Made by a program: the position numbers and the translations under genes
In this document: in pieces, positions 49,550-58,024 of the stretch
Numbering within the stretch: the stretch's first letter is position 1
How the letters are laid out: every line of letters begins with the position of its first letter
Notes under the pieces: model-generated
The model's input: the letters and a program-made list of their open reading frames with translations, nothing else
The model's database searches: none
What the model was told of the DNA's origin: nothing
From: a virus
DNA length: 64,000 bases
Reading direction: 5' to 3' (one strand)
Virus record (IMG/VR): IMGVR_UViG_3300021964_000013

Positions 49550-50991
49550 GTATTAACCTCTTTAGGTAATTCATTACCACAGAGGTCGGTGGTTAAGATA
49601 GTTTTCTGATCCATCGACCCTCTTACCATTTTAGCATTAGGTTGTCCCGTATACCTTTTATCCCCATTTTTACCGGTGATATATACCGAAGGTACATTCG
49701 AGTGAGATCCTTTATTAAATAGAGCCCTATACGGTCCTGTTGAACCGACTAAAGGTTTTAATGATATAACTAACCTATCTTTAATTGGTGCTTGTTCAAC
49801 AATGGTCTTAGCCTTTTGATTGTCTAAGAAGAATGTTTGTGATCTCTTACCACCCTTTTTACCATCACTTTTCCTACCTTCTATTTTACTAAGGAGGGCG
49901 ATAGGACTTTTGGTTGTCTCAACATCACCCATAGTTCTACCAACATAAGGTTTTAACCTACTATCTATTCCCGCCATTTCATCGGTAATTACTGATTTAG
50001 GGTCGTAAACTATCTTACCATCAAAATCAATTTTATCGATGTAAAGTTCAAAGAGACCTCGGGTTCTAAATGTAGAAGAAGTATAACCAAGTTCTGTTAT
50101 TGATTTAGTACCGTCAAGTCCAAGTTCGGGGATATTGGGTTTAAAATCACTCGATTTTGTGATTGTCCTTTCCCTTCTTTGATCAAGTAACTCTTTATTG
50201 TGTTTCTGATATATTTTTTGGTAATTTTTTAATTGTCTAATCTTAGCTCGATTGGTTTGATAAATCCTTCCCTTAACATTGAATGTTTTGTCGAAGGATT
50301 CGTAGTTGGTGATGTCATTTGTTGAGTTATTTAAGTTCGCAACACCAAGAGGTACATCATTCACAAGGACTTGGAATACCGCCTCATCGCAATCATGACC
50401 CGTCGTATCATATGCGATAACTATCTTCATACCAATAAGACATTCATAACTCGCCTCTGCTGATATCACTAATTTAACAAACTGTTCTTCTTTGTATTTT
50501 GGATCATCAGCTTTATCCTTTCCTGAGGTATAGGATGTCGAACCCAACACAGTCTCGGTTGGTAGGAAAGTCGGAGGGTTTTGAAGTTCTTTCCTTTGAA
50601 GGTAGTTATCCAATAACCTTTGAATTGAACGACCCCTTAATTCTGAAAGAACCTTCGGTTCCAACTTACAATTATCACTGAAATCACCTTCCTTACATCT
50701 TTCTCTGTCATAGTTAGTTACACGAGATTCTCCAGCAACAACCTTAATAGTTAATTGTGCGTTTGGATTCTGATTAATAAACTGATTTAACTCCCCAAAA
50801 TTAGATTTCATTTCCGCAACCATTTGGGATGTTAACTTGTATTTACCCGAATCAAAGGTTGCCCCCAAATCAATAGAGATTGATCTTGTACCGCTGGTGT
50901 TAGGTTGTTCCTGTTGTTGCTCGTTGATTAATCCTAATTTATATCCACCAATTAACCTTTTAATCTGTGACTCATCTAACTGTATTTTCAT
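49546..50991 (-). CDS. Late protein with OmpA-C-like segment
   Basis: Likely start ATG 50991 after ATATTTAT; FDSGKY.L ... IKVVAGES ... LSELRG.SI pattern reminiscent of OmpA_C. Confidence 0.5.
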   Translation of the reverse strand: MKIQLDESQIKRLIGGYKLGLINEQQQEQPNTSGTRSISIDLGATFDSGKYKLTSQMVAEMKSNFGELNQFINQNPNAQLTIKVVAGESRVTNYDRERCKEGDFSDNCKLEPKVLSELRGRSIQRLLDNYLQRKELQNPPTFLPTETVLGSTSYTSGKDKADDPKYKEEQFVKLVISAEASYECLIGMKIVIAYDTTGHDCDEAVFQVLVNDVPLGVANLNNSTNDITNYESFDKTFNVKGRIYQTNRAKIRQLKNYQKIYQKHNKELLDQRRERTITKSSDFKPNIPELGLDGTKSITELGYTSSTFRTRGLFELYIDKIDFDGKIVYDPKSVITDEMAGIDSRLKPYVGRTMGDVETTKSPIALLSKIEGRKSDGKKGGKRSQTFFLDNQKAKTIVEQAPIKDRLVISLKPLVGSTGPYRALFNKGSHSNVPSVYITGKNGDKRYTGQPNAKMVRGSMDQKTILTTDLCGNELPKEVNT

Positions 50992-51041
50992 ATCTAAAAT
51001 GTGTATTTCTATAAATATCAAGAAAAATAATAACATTTTTT

Positions 51042-51071
51042 TTTGATATAATAAATTCTTTCTTATCTTTG
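51042..51071 (+). promoter_or_regulatory. Bacteroidota housekeeping-type promoter (TTTG-N18-TATCTTTG)
   Basis: Consensus match upstream of 51095. Confidence 0.6.
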
Positions 51072-51094
51072 TGTAGAATTTTAAACATAAAGAC

Positions 51095-52366
51095 GTGAAA
51101 AAATTATTAGATTATCTTGTTTTAGTTTTGATTGTTGGTTTGATGATGTTTCTCTCATCATGTGAGAAAGACTATATTGAACCTTTGGATGATTCCATCG
51201 TAATCGAGGAACCATCGGAGGTAGACACTACGTGGAACCCCATAGAATTTGAGGATATCGATCCTTTCCTCTCAACCCCCGCTGAAGATGCTCATAGAGT
51301 CGTTAATGTGGTGGTGATAAACTATATACCCACAAAAGATAAGGGACAAACTCTTGACCAATACACCTTTCCATGGAGAGGAAACAACGGTCAATTAGAT
51401 ATGGATTTACCTGTGAGTGAATATAAGAAGTGGTTACTCACATCAACCATTAGAACAAAATTTGCCTTCGAAGAAGGTACTAAGTTCAGGGGATATAAGA
51501 GTAATTCAAGACCTTCAGTTGGTATAAAGGTATTGAAGTATATTAATGTATATGAAATGCCGAAGATTGAAAGACAAATGCCATCAAACCTATTCGCGGT
51601 AGATAGTACCGAAGGTTATTTCCCCGACTATAATAAATTATTTGCGGATATAGGTATGGACACCTTGGTTAATAATCACGATGTCAAGGAGGTTTGGTTT
51701 AATAGGAAATCGTTGGCGGTCCCTGAATCAAATATGTCAAGTCCAAGTTCGGGGGACATCAGTAACCCATACTTCGGTTCAAGTCAATATGGTTTTAATA
51801 ATACCATTGACGAATATGATTTACCTATCTATGATAAAACCTATGTGGTTTACTCTCATTGGATGCATAACTCATACGATAAGAACTTACACGTAAGGGG
51901 TCACCAAGTAGAGGCACAAATGAATCAAGTGGATGGTAATGATTTTATTTGGGGTAAGTTTAAAGGACAAGTGAATACCTCCGATGGAAGAACAAGAGGT
52001 TGTGGGACCGTACACCTCCCACCTAATGCGACTTCGGGTTATCAATATAATAACACACACTATATCTTATCAGATATTGAGGATTGGAATCCTGAAGGTA
52101 CGGGACAACAGACCGAAGTGAATAATAGTAATTGGGTAAAGAACTACACCATCAACTACAATTTCCCAACTTCAACTTATCATGGTGAGGTACAAAGGAA
52201 TGTAGTTGGTAATGATCCTGAGGGTGGATGGTTAATGTATTGGTACCAATCAATACCCGGCTACGATAATGGTATTGAATATGGTGATAAAGAACTCAAA
52301 AACTTTTGGGATGTGATCTATGATTGGGATTACCATTTTACAAACGACAAGGACTTATTAAAATAA
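51095..52366 (+). CDS. Predicted lipoprotein, possible metal-binding hydrolase
   Basis: Signal ending FLSSCEKD; HVRGHQVE and CGTVH motifs. Confidence 0.55.
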   Translation: MKKLLDYLVLVLIVGLMMFLSSCEKDYIEPLDDSIVIEEPSEVDTTWNPIEFEDIDPFLSTPAEDAHRVVNVVVINYIPTKDKGQTLDQYTFPWRGNNGQLDMDLPVSEYKKWLLTSTIRTKFAFEEGTKFRGYKSNSRPSVGIKVLKYINVYEMPKIERQMPSNLFAVDSTEGYFPDYNKLFADIGMDTLVNNHDVKEVWFNRKSLAVPESNMSSPSSGDISNPYFGSSQYGFNNTIDEYDLPIYDKTYVVYSHWMHNSYDKNLHVRGHQVEAQMNQVDGNDFIWGKFKGQVNTSDGRTRGCGTVHLPPNATSGYQYNNTHYILSDIEDWNPEGTGQQTEVNNSNWVKNYTINYNFPTSTYHGEVQRNVVGNDPEGGWLMYWYQSIPGYDNGIEYGDKELKNFWDVIYDWDYHFTNDKDLLK

Positions 52367-52377
52367 ATCATAACAAA

Positions 52378-52602
52378 ATGTTACTAACGTTTATCAGATG
52401 GGGTTTGAGGTTACACTCGGTGTTTCACATATTCGAGTTTGTTACCGCAATCTACGAATCGGCCTACATTACAGCAGTAATCGCATTCATGTCCGCTCTC
52501 ATACAATACTTAGGTAGTGTGTACTTACCAAAGGAACATATCCATGTCGGTGGTTTTATTCCTGACATCCATGAGAATTGTGATAATGAAAAAAAATCGT
52601 GA
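52378..52602 (+). CDS. Small membrane protein
   Basis: Two hydrophobic segments. Confidence 0.5.
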   Translation: MLLTFIRWGLRLHSVFHIFEFVTAIYESAYITAVIAFMSALIQYLGSVYLPKEHIHVGGFIPDIHENCDNEKKS

Positions 52603-52607
52603 TAAAG

Positions 52608-52638
52608 TTTGTATATTCAAACAAAATCATTAAATTTG
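52608..52638 (+). promoter_or_regulatory. Bacteroidota housekeeping-type promoter (TTTG-N19-TAAATTTG)
   Basis: Consensus match upstream of 52660. Confidence 0.55.
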
Positions 52639-52659
52639 TATTAATATTAAAACATTATA

Positions 52660-53208
52660 ATGAAAACATTAGTTATTCATCCTAAAGATTCGACCACACA
52701 TTTCTTAGACATTGTCTACAGAAATATAGATGACCTAACACTCATCACCGGTGGTGTCAGTAAGGATTATGTTATGGAACAAATCAAAACCCACGATAGG
52801 GTTATGATGATGGGACATGGATCACCCGGTGGTCTATTTGCCGTGGGTCAATTTGACCAAACAAGAGGTTTTATTATTGATCACGAGTGTGTTGAGTTAC
52901 TTAAAGAGAAGGATAATTCAGTCTTTATTTGGTGTAACGCTGATCAATTCGTGGAGAGATATGACCTTAAAGGTTTTTACACGGGTATGTTTATCAGTGA
53001 AGTGGGTGAAGCCATGTATTGTGGTTTACCTGAAACCGAACAACCTGAAGTGGATGAATCCAACTATTCCTTTGTGGAGATCATGGGTGAGTGTATTGAC
53101 CACGACCCTAAGACCATTCACTTTGTTGCAAAAGAAAGATATGGTAAATTGGTTGACCATAACCCTGTTGCAAAGTACAATCACGAACGTTTATATGTTA
53201 ATTTTTAA
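52660..53208 (+). CDS. Hypothetical protein
   Basis: LVIHPKD.TT.FL, MMGHGSP.GL, IWCNAD, GMFISE. Confidence 0.65.
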   Translation: MKTLVIHPKDSTTHFLDIVYRNIDDLTLITGGVSKDYVMEQIKTHDRVMMMGHGSPGGLFAVGQFDQTRGFIIDHECVELLKEKDNSVFIWCNADQFVERYDLKGFYTGMFISEVGEAMYCGLPETEQPEVDESNYSFVEIMGECIDHDPKTIHFVAKERYGKLVDHNPVAKYNHERLYVNF

Positions 53209-53211
53209 GTT

Positions 53212-53718
53212 ATGTTAGAGATCACATTTATTATTTTATTTGTTGTGGGTGCCGCCTATATTATCTACAACCACAACCCATACGTGGGATTCCAAAAACT
53301 GTATCTGAATCAAATGTCAGAACCGTTGACAACGAACATCATAGATACTTCGTATAATCTATTGTCTAATACACACGGAGTAAAAAAACCCGTCTTTAAA
53401 CTTGCCAACCTTTCAGGCGCGAATTCAAAGACACATAATATAGCAGACGGGGCTACTGTGTATGGTAGTTATGATGCCAATACCAAACTGATATTGATTG
53501 ATAGACAACGTATGTTGTCGGATAATGTTAATTGGGAAGAGTTCCTTTCAACAATTACTCATGAGTTTGGTCATTATGTTGATGACGTTTCTCACAATTT
53601 AAACCTTGGAAATACTATATCAGAGATACTTGAGAATCGAGCTGAGAAGTTTGCCGAGGATAATCTTAAAAAAGTCAGTAAAGAAGTTTTAAAAGTATAC
53701 TACAATGAAAAAGTATAG
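53212..53718 (+). CDS. Membrane-anchored HExxH zinc metallopeptidase-like protein
   Basis: N-terminal TM; THEFGH and downstream E.RAE.FA. Confidence 0.65.
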   Translation: MLEITFIILFVVGAAYIIYNHNPYVGFQKLYLNQMSEPLTTNIIDTSYNLLSNTHGVKKPVFKLANLSGANSKTHNIADGATVYGSYDANTKLILIDRQRMLSDNVNWEEFLSTITHEFGHYVDDVSHNLNLGNTISEILENRAEKFAEDNLKKVSKEVLKVYYNEKV

Positions 53719-54337
53719 GTTAGAGGTTTATGGTTGGGAGATGGAGGCGATTGGTCACTCTATTACCGATGAACAAGTTGATCAGATTGTTCAAATCATG
53801 GAAGATAATGGTTACGAAGAACTATGGGAGTGTAGAAATAATGGGGATATAGAAGATGCGGATGTCATTCCTGACATATATAACCCCGACCTCTTCCATG
53901 TGAGTCGGGCATTGGATAATGGCACTACTTTCTATGTTGTACGAGATGAGAACGATGAGATTATTTTGGAGTTCGAACAGAAAGACTTAGGAGATCCTTA
54001 TGATATGTTGGGTGATGATGATGTCATTGAAAACAACTACCCTTATGAAGGTTATTTATGTATCCCCGAAATGATGGAGGGTGTGGATAATATCCTATTC
54101 ATTGCCGATGAGAATAAGGGTGGGATATGTGAGTTAACATTCGAAAGCGATGAGATACCTACACCTAAAGATTTCTGTATATTAAATGGTGATGTTGGGA
54201 CTCCCGATGGAGATTGGGACTTTATATCAAAATATTTCTATAAAGGTAAGGAGTTGGAAGAATGGGATGGTTTGGACAATAGGGGTAAAGCATCCACAGT
54301 TGAGATCTATCGGAAAGATGGTACTGTTATTCATTAA
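53705..54337 (+). CDS. Hypothetical acidic protein
   Basis: 210-aa ORF. Confidence 0.65.
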   Translation: MKKYRLEVYGWEMEAIGHSITDEQVDQIVQIMEDNGYEELWECRNNGDIEDADVIPDIYNPDLFHVSRALDNGTTFYVVRDENDEIILEFEQKDLGDPYDMLGDDDVIENNYPYEGYLCIPEMMEGVDNILFIADENKGGICELTFESDEIPTPKDFCILNGDVGTPDGDWDFISKYFYKGKELEEWDGLDNRGKASTVEIYRKDGTVIH

Positions 54338-54345
54338 ACGGGTAT

Positions 54346-54380
54346 AAAGGGTTGATTATTTCAACCCTTTTTTTTATATT
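54346..54380 (+). terminator. Terminator-like hairpin overlapping a TTGATT-N17-TATATT promoter
   Basis: AAAGGGTTGA-TTATT-TCAACCCTTT followed by a T run. Confidence 0.6.
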
Positions 54381-54401
54381 TTATGTAGAAATACTAAAAA
54401 T

Positions 54402-54671
54402 ATGAATAGTAATGAATTTGTACATTGGTTAAAAGGTTTCATTGACGCCTGTGGTGTAGATCTATCGGTCACACAACTTAATAAGATCAAAGATAAGTTG
54501 GAGGAAACAAGTGAGGTATATTGTCCCCAACAAATAACACCAAGTCAACCTTATTCACCACCATGGACTATAGGGGATCAACCTTATGACCCCAACAAAA
54601 TATGGTATACCTCAAGTACGGGTACATCATCCTCCTCTTTTGGTACAGATTCGGAAGAATTTAAAAACTAA
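54402..54671 (+). CDS. Hypothetical protein
   Basis: MNS.EFV.WLKGF motif. Confidence 0.6.
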   Translation: MNSNEFVHWLKGFIDACGVDLSVTQLNKIKDKLEETSEVYCPQQITPSQPYSPPWTIGDQPYDPNKIWYTSSTGTSSSSFGTDSEEFKN

Positions 54672-54680
54672 ATTTTATAC

Positions 54681-55640
54681 ATGATAAGAACAGCAGAATG
54701 TGTATCTCCTATGCATCCCGATAAGATGTGTGATAGGATCTCAGATACACTATTAGATTTACACTTACAACAAGATGAGAACTCAAGATGTGCCATTGAA
54801 ACATGTGGTGGTATTGGACAAGTGTTCATTACGGGTGAGGTAACATCTAATGCATTGGTAAATGATGCAATGATTAAGAAGGTGGTGAAAGACATCACTA
54901 AGGATCCCGATATTCAGGTGACCATAAATTTGAATCAACAATCCCCTGAGATTGCGCAAGGTGTTGATATAGGAGGTGCTGGTGATCAAGGTATTATGAT
55001 TGGGTTTGCGTGTGAAGATAACGAGGAGTACCTTCCACAAGAATATTATTTGGCACGAGAACTCAATAAACACATCTATAGAACATATCCCTTCGATGGA
55101 AAGACCCAAATCACCTTAAATGGAAGTAAGGTTAGGGTGGTTTGTTCATTCCAAAACGCACCAAAAGAGATGTTGGAAGGTATGGTCACAGGATGGTTTA
55201 GGAGATATCCTGAGTACATCATAGAATCTCTGCATTGTAACCCCGCAGGTGATTGGAACATTGGTGGGTTTACTGCGGATGCAGGACTAACAGGTAGAAA
55301 ACTTGCGGTCGATAACTATGGACCAAGAGTTCCGATTGGCGGTGGCGCCTTTAGTGGTAAAGATTCGACTAAGGTTGATAGATCCGCGGCGTACATGGCA
55401 AGAAAGATTGCTGTTGACTACTGTAAACTATATGGTGGTGACACCTATGTTACTTTGGCATATGCTATTGGATACGACCAACCACTACAGGCAACTGTTG
55501 TGTGTGGGGATCACGTCATGGAGATAGAGGGTTACGACCTATCTCCTCAAGGTATCATAAAATTCCTTGACTTAAAGAAACCGATCTTCGGAAAGACCGC
55601 TGAATTTGGTCACATGGGATGTGGTTTTAATTGGGAATAG
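54681..55640 (+). CDS. metK: S-adenosylmethionine synthetase
   Basis: HPDKMCDRISD, QSPEIAQGVD, GAGDQG, DGKTQ, DAGLTGRK..VD.YG, GGGAFSGKD.TKVDRSAAY. Confidence 0.96.
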   Translation: MIRTAECVSPMHPDKMCDRISDTLLDLHLQQDENSRCAIETCGGIGQVFITGEVTSNALVNDAMIKKVVKDITKDPDIQVTINLNQQSPEIAQGVDIGGAGDQGIMIGFACEDNEEYLPQEYYLARELNKHIYRTYPFDGKTQITLNGSKVRVVCSFQNAPKEMLEGMVTGWFRRYPEYIIESLHCNPAGDWNIGGFTADAGLTGRKLAVDNYGPRVPIGGGAFSGKDSTKVDRSAAYMARKIAVDYCKLYGGDTYVTLAYAIGYDQPLQATVVCGDHVMEIEGYDLSPQGIIKFLDLKKPIFGKTAEFGHMGCGFNWE

Positions 55641-55703
55641 TTGATTTTTTCAAATATAAAATGTATATTTGGAGTATCATAATAAGAATTAATATTTAAA
55701 AAC

Positions 55704-55871
55704 ATGAGTGCAAAACAAGAAATTTTCGAACAAATTCAGTCTCACTATGATGCGTTTGTGGAGAACCACAACGCAACCACAAAGGCGGGAGCAACAAGAG
55801 CAAGAAAACACATTGGTGAAATCAAGAAACTTGTTACTGATTACAGAAAAGCATCAGTATCAGAATCTTAA
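55704..55871 (+). CDS. Histone H1-like (Hc1-type) small protein (55 aa; not in ORF track)
   Basis: MSAKQEIFEQIQSHYDAFVENHNATTKAGATRARKHIGEIKKLVTDYRKASVSES resembles the K.AG.RARK...E..K...E.RK.S family; promoter at 55641-55671. Confidence 0.7.
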   Translation: MSAKQEIFEQIQSHYDAFVENHNATTKAGATRARKHIGEIKKLVTDYRKASVSES

Positions 55872-55948
55872 GGTACGTGGAATCCAAATAGGTCACACAC
55901 TCTTCGGAGTATACTAATAGTGTGTTCGAAAGGTGAAACGATACCTTA
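55869..55948 (+). ncRNA. Candidate structured RNA in the 3' UTR
   Basis: Closing helix TAAGGTA/TACCTTA, inner CACAC/GTGTG helix, ACTC-TTCG-GAGT hairpin (cUUCGg). Confidence 0.4.
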
Positions 55949-55952
55949 CTAA

Positions 55953-55986
55953 AAACCCCACAGAAATGTGGGGTTTCTTGTTTTTT
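55953..55986 (+). terminator. Rho-independent terminator
   Basis: AAACCCCACA-GAAA-TGTGGGGTTT followed by a T-rich run. Confidence 0.85.
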
Positions 55987-56057
55987 AACATTTTTTTTGG
56001 TAATTATTGAAATACTAAAGAATATTTTTTATATTTGTAGTATAAAGTCATGAAATT

Positions 56058-56222
56058 ATGAATTATATTGAGATTGTAAAAAACTTGGAACAAATTAAAA
56101 CTCTTTGTGAAGAGGACTCTCCCATGATTGCATCCCAACGATTGGGGTGGTTAATAAACGACATCAAAGAACACCAAAACAGACTTACGTTTTGGGATGT
56201 ATTAACAGGTAAGAAGTCATGA
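56058..56222 (+). CDS. Small hypothetical protein (54 aa; not in ORF track)
   Basis: MNYIEIVKNLEQIKTLCEE..., after a promoter at 56007-56037. Confidence 0.5.
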   Translation: MNYIEIVKNLEQIKTLCEEDSPMIASQRLGWLINDIKEHQNRLTFWDVLTGKKS

Positions 56223-56871
56223 AAATTGAATTTAATTGGGGTAGGATAATTAAGATTGTAATAATCTTATACATACTTTCTCGTCTCGCACGAATTATAG
56301 TAAACGAGTTCGTGTTATGAGGAACTTCAATAACAGTGATATAGGATACCCCGATCCCGAATGGTTGGACAACAAACAGGGATTTAAATCTAATGAAGAA
56401 CATGGAGAAGACAAGATACCAATTCATGAGGATCGCAATGGCGAGACTAAAAAGTAAGTACCCCTTCAAACCTCAACGACGTGCGATCGCATCCAAAATG
56501 TGGGTAAGGTATATTGAACGTATAGATTTTAACTTTGGATCATTAGAGGGGGAACTTCTTTGATTATGTTAAAACCTAAATTATATTGGACATCCAATGG
56601 AAAAATTTTTGATAATTATGAAGACGCTCTTGAAGAGAGTAAGAAAAATCCACAGACACTTGATTTGGTTAGAGAACCAAAGGATGAAATGTGCAATAGA
56701 GACCGGTAGTGTCGACCCACTACTATAACCAAATAGATGGGGAGGAGTTTTTATTATTAATTTAAATTTTAAAACGAAATGGTTATTCGTTCCTCCCCAC
56801 TATAATACACAAAATAAGGGTAAACGACCATATTGTATGCAAATACATATAACCTTTAACACCAAAGAGAG

Positions 56872-57129
56872 ATGAAATATTATTGGACAACTAAAGATGG
56901 TACAAAGTTCGATGTGGATGAAATGTCTACCGACCACCTAAGAAATGCATTGAAGATGATTCTTCGCAACTTAGATACTGCTAAGTCTAAGACTAAACCA
57001 ATGGGTAACATTGAATACCAATTCCAAGAGGCTGAGTGGAGAGATTGGGAGAATGAGCAAGAAGAGGATATACATCCCGATAGTGCCTATGGGCAATGGA
57101 TGAAACGATTTAACACCAAAGAGAGATGA
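56872..57129 (+). CDS. Minigene in repeat array, hypothetical
   Basis: WTTKDG...VDEMSTDHLRNAL; starts and ends in the repeat (ends FNTKER). Confidence 0.7.
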   Translation: MKYYWTTKDGTKFDVDEMSTDHLRNALKMILRNLDTAKSKTKPMGNIEYQFQEAEWRDWENEQEEDIHPDSAYGQWMKRFNTKER

Positions 57130-57362
57130 AAACACCAATGCAAGAGTTGATTGAGATAATCAAGAAGCGTCAAGAAGATGATGAGGCAATGCCGTTTATG
57201 TACAATGATAAGATAATTGCGTTGGCAGAACAAATGCTTGAGAAAGAGAAAGAGGTGATGTCACAAGTTTACGCTGATGGTGGTGATTGGGATGAAGTTC
57301 CACAACCACGATTTGAAAACTACTACAACGAAACCTTTAAAACAAAGAGAAATGAAACTTAA
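57126..57362 (+). CDS. Minigene in repeat array, MKTPMQELIE family
   Basis: Paralog of 58257-58499; first 30 nt identical. Confidence 0.7.
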   Translation: MKTPMQELIEIIKKRQEDDEAMPFMYNDKIIALAEQMLEKEKEVMSQVYADGGDWDEVPQPRFENYYNETFKTKRNET

Positions 57363-57588
57363 GAGCGTAGAATTTTTGATGCAACAATTGTTTGACCCCT
57401 CTTGGAAGGAAGGGATAGAAATCCAAAACAAGTGGTTTAAAACAGCAAAAGATATGCATAAGAATGAGATTAAGAATGCTTACAATCAAGGAAAATACGA
57501 TACAGAAGACATAGAACGTGGAGGTATGCCTAACTTTCTAACATTTGAAGATTACTACAACGCAACCTTTAATACCGGAGAAAAATGA
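57352..57588 (+). CDS. Minigene in repeat array, YYN.TF family
   Basis: MKLKSVEFL ... EIKNAY..G ... FEDYYNATFNTGEK. Confidence 0.65.
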   Translation: MKLKSVEFLMQQLFDPSWKEGIEIQNKWFKTAKDMHKNEIKNAYNQGKYDTEDIERGGMPNFLTFEDYYNATFNTGEK

Positions 57589-57755
57589 AAAGACTAATCA
57601 GTATGCTAACAATGAAGAGAACGCTTAAAACTTCTTTTAGAGATGCCGTAAGTGGTGAACAAGTTTTCTTCTACAAAGACAAGTATGGCGTAGAGTGGAT
57701 GGCTAACTATCCGTACTATCCGTTTAAGTTTAGAACCAAAACAAACGACAAATGA
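57585..57755 (+). CDS. Minigene in repeat array (56 aa; not in ORF track)
   Basis: MKRLISMLTMKRTLKTSFRDAVSGEQVFFYKDKYGVEWMANYPYYPFKFRTKTNDK; ATGA overlaps at both ends. Confidence 0.6.
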   Translation: MKRLISMLTMKRTLKTSFRDAVSGEQVFFYKDKYGVEWMANYPYYPFKFRTKTNDK

Positions 57756-58006
57756 AAAACTTATTTAAAAGAAAACCAAGAAGAACACTATCAGAGGTAA
57801 GTGCAGAATTTGCAAAAAAAGTCCCACTTCCCCCTAATAATACTATAGATAGAAAAATAGAAATGACAAGACAAGAATTATTAAACCAAGTAGCAGAAAA
57901 ACTTGAGAGATGTGAGTACACACCAATAGTAACTGAAAAAGAGGAGATGCAGATTTGGGCGATGTTGCTCAATGAAGTTTATGAAGAAATCTTTAACACC
58001 AAATAA
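57752..58006 (+). CDS. Minigene in repeat array, hypothetical
   Basis: Ends EEIFNTK within the repeat. Confidence 0.6.
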   Translation: MKNLFKRKPRRTLSEVSAEFAKKVPLPPNNTIDRKIEMTRQELLNQVAEKLERCEYTPIVTEKEEMQIWAMLLNEVYEEIFNTK

Positions 58007-58024
58007 TGAAAACACCAAAGAAAG

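Noticed and set aside
55708-55917. 69-aa ORF from the track
   Set aside because: Overlaps in another frame with the better-supported Hc1-like ORF 55704-55871
55872-55948. SAM riboswitch or hammerhead ribozyme
   Set aside because: Lies downstream rather than upstream of metK and lacks SAM-I/II or CUGAnGA core motifs; kept only as an unknown structured RNA
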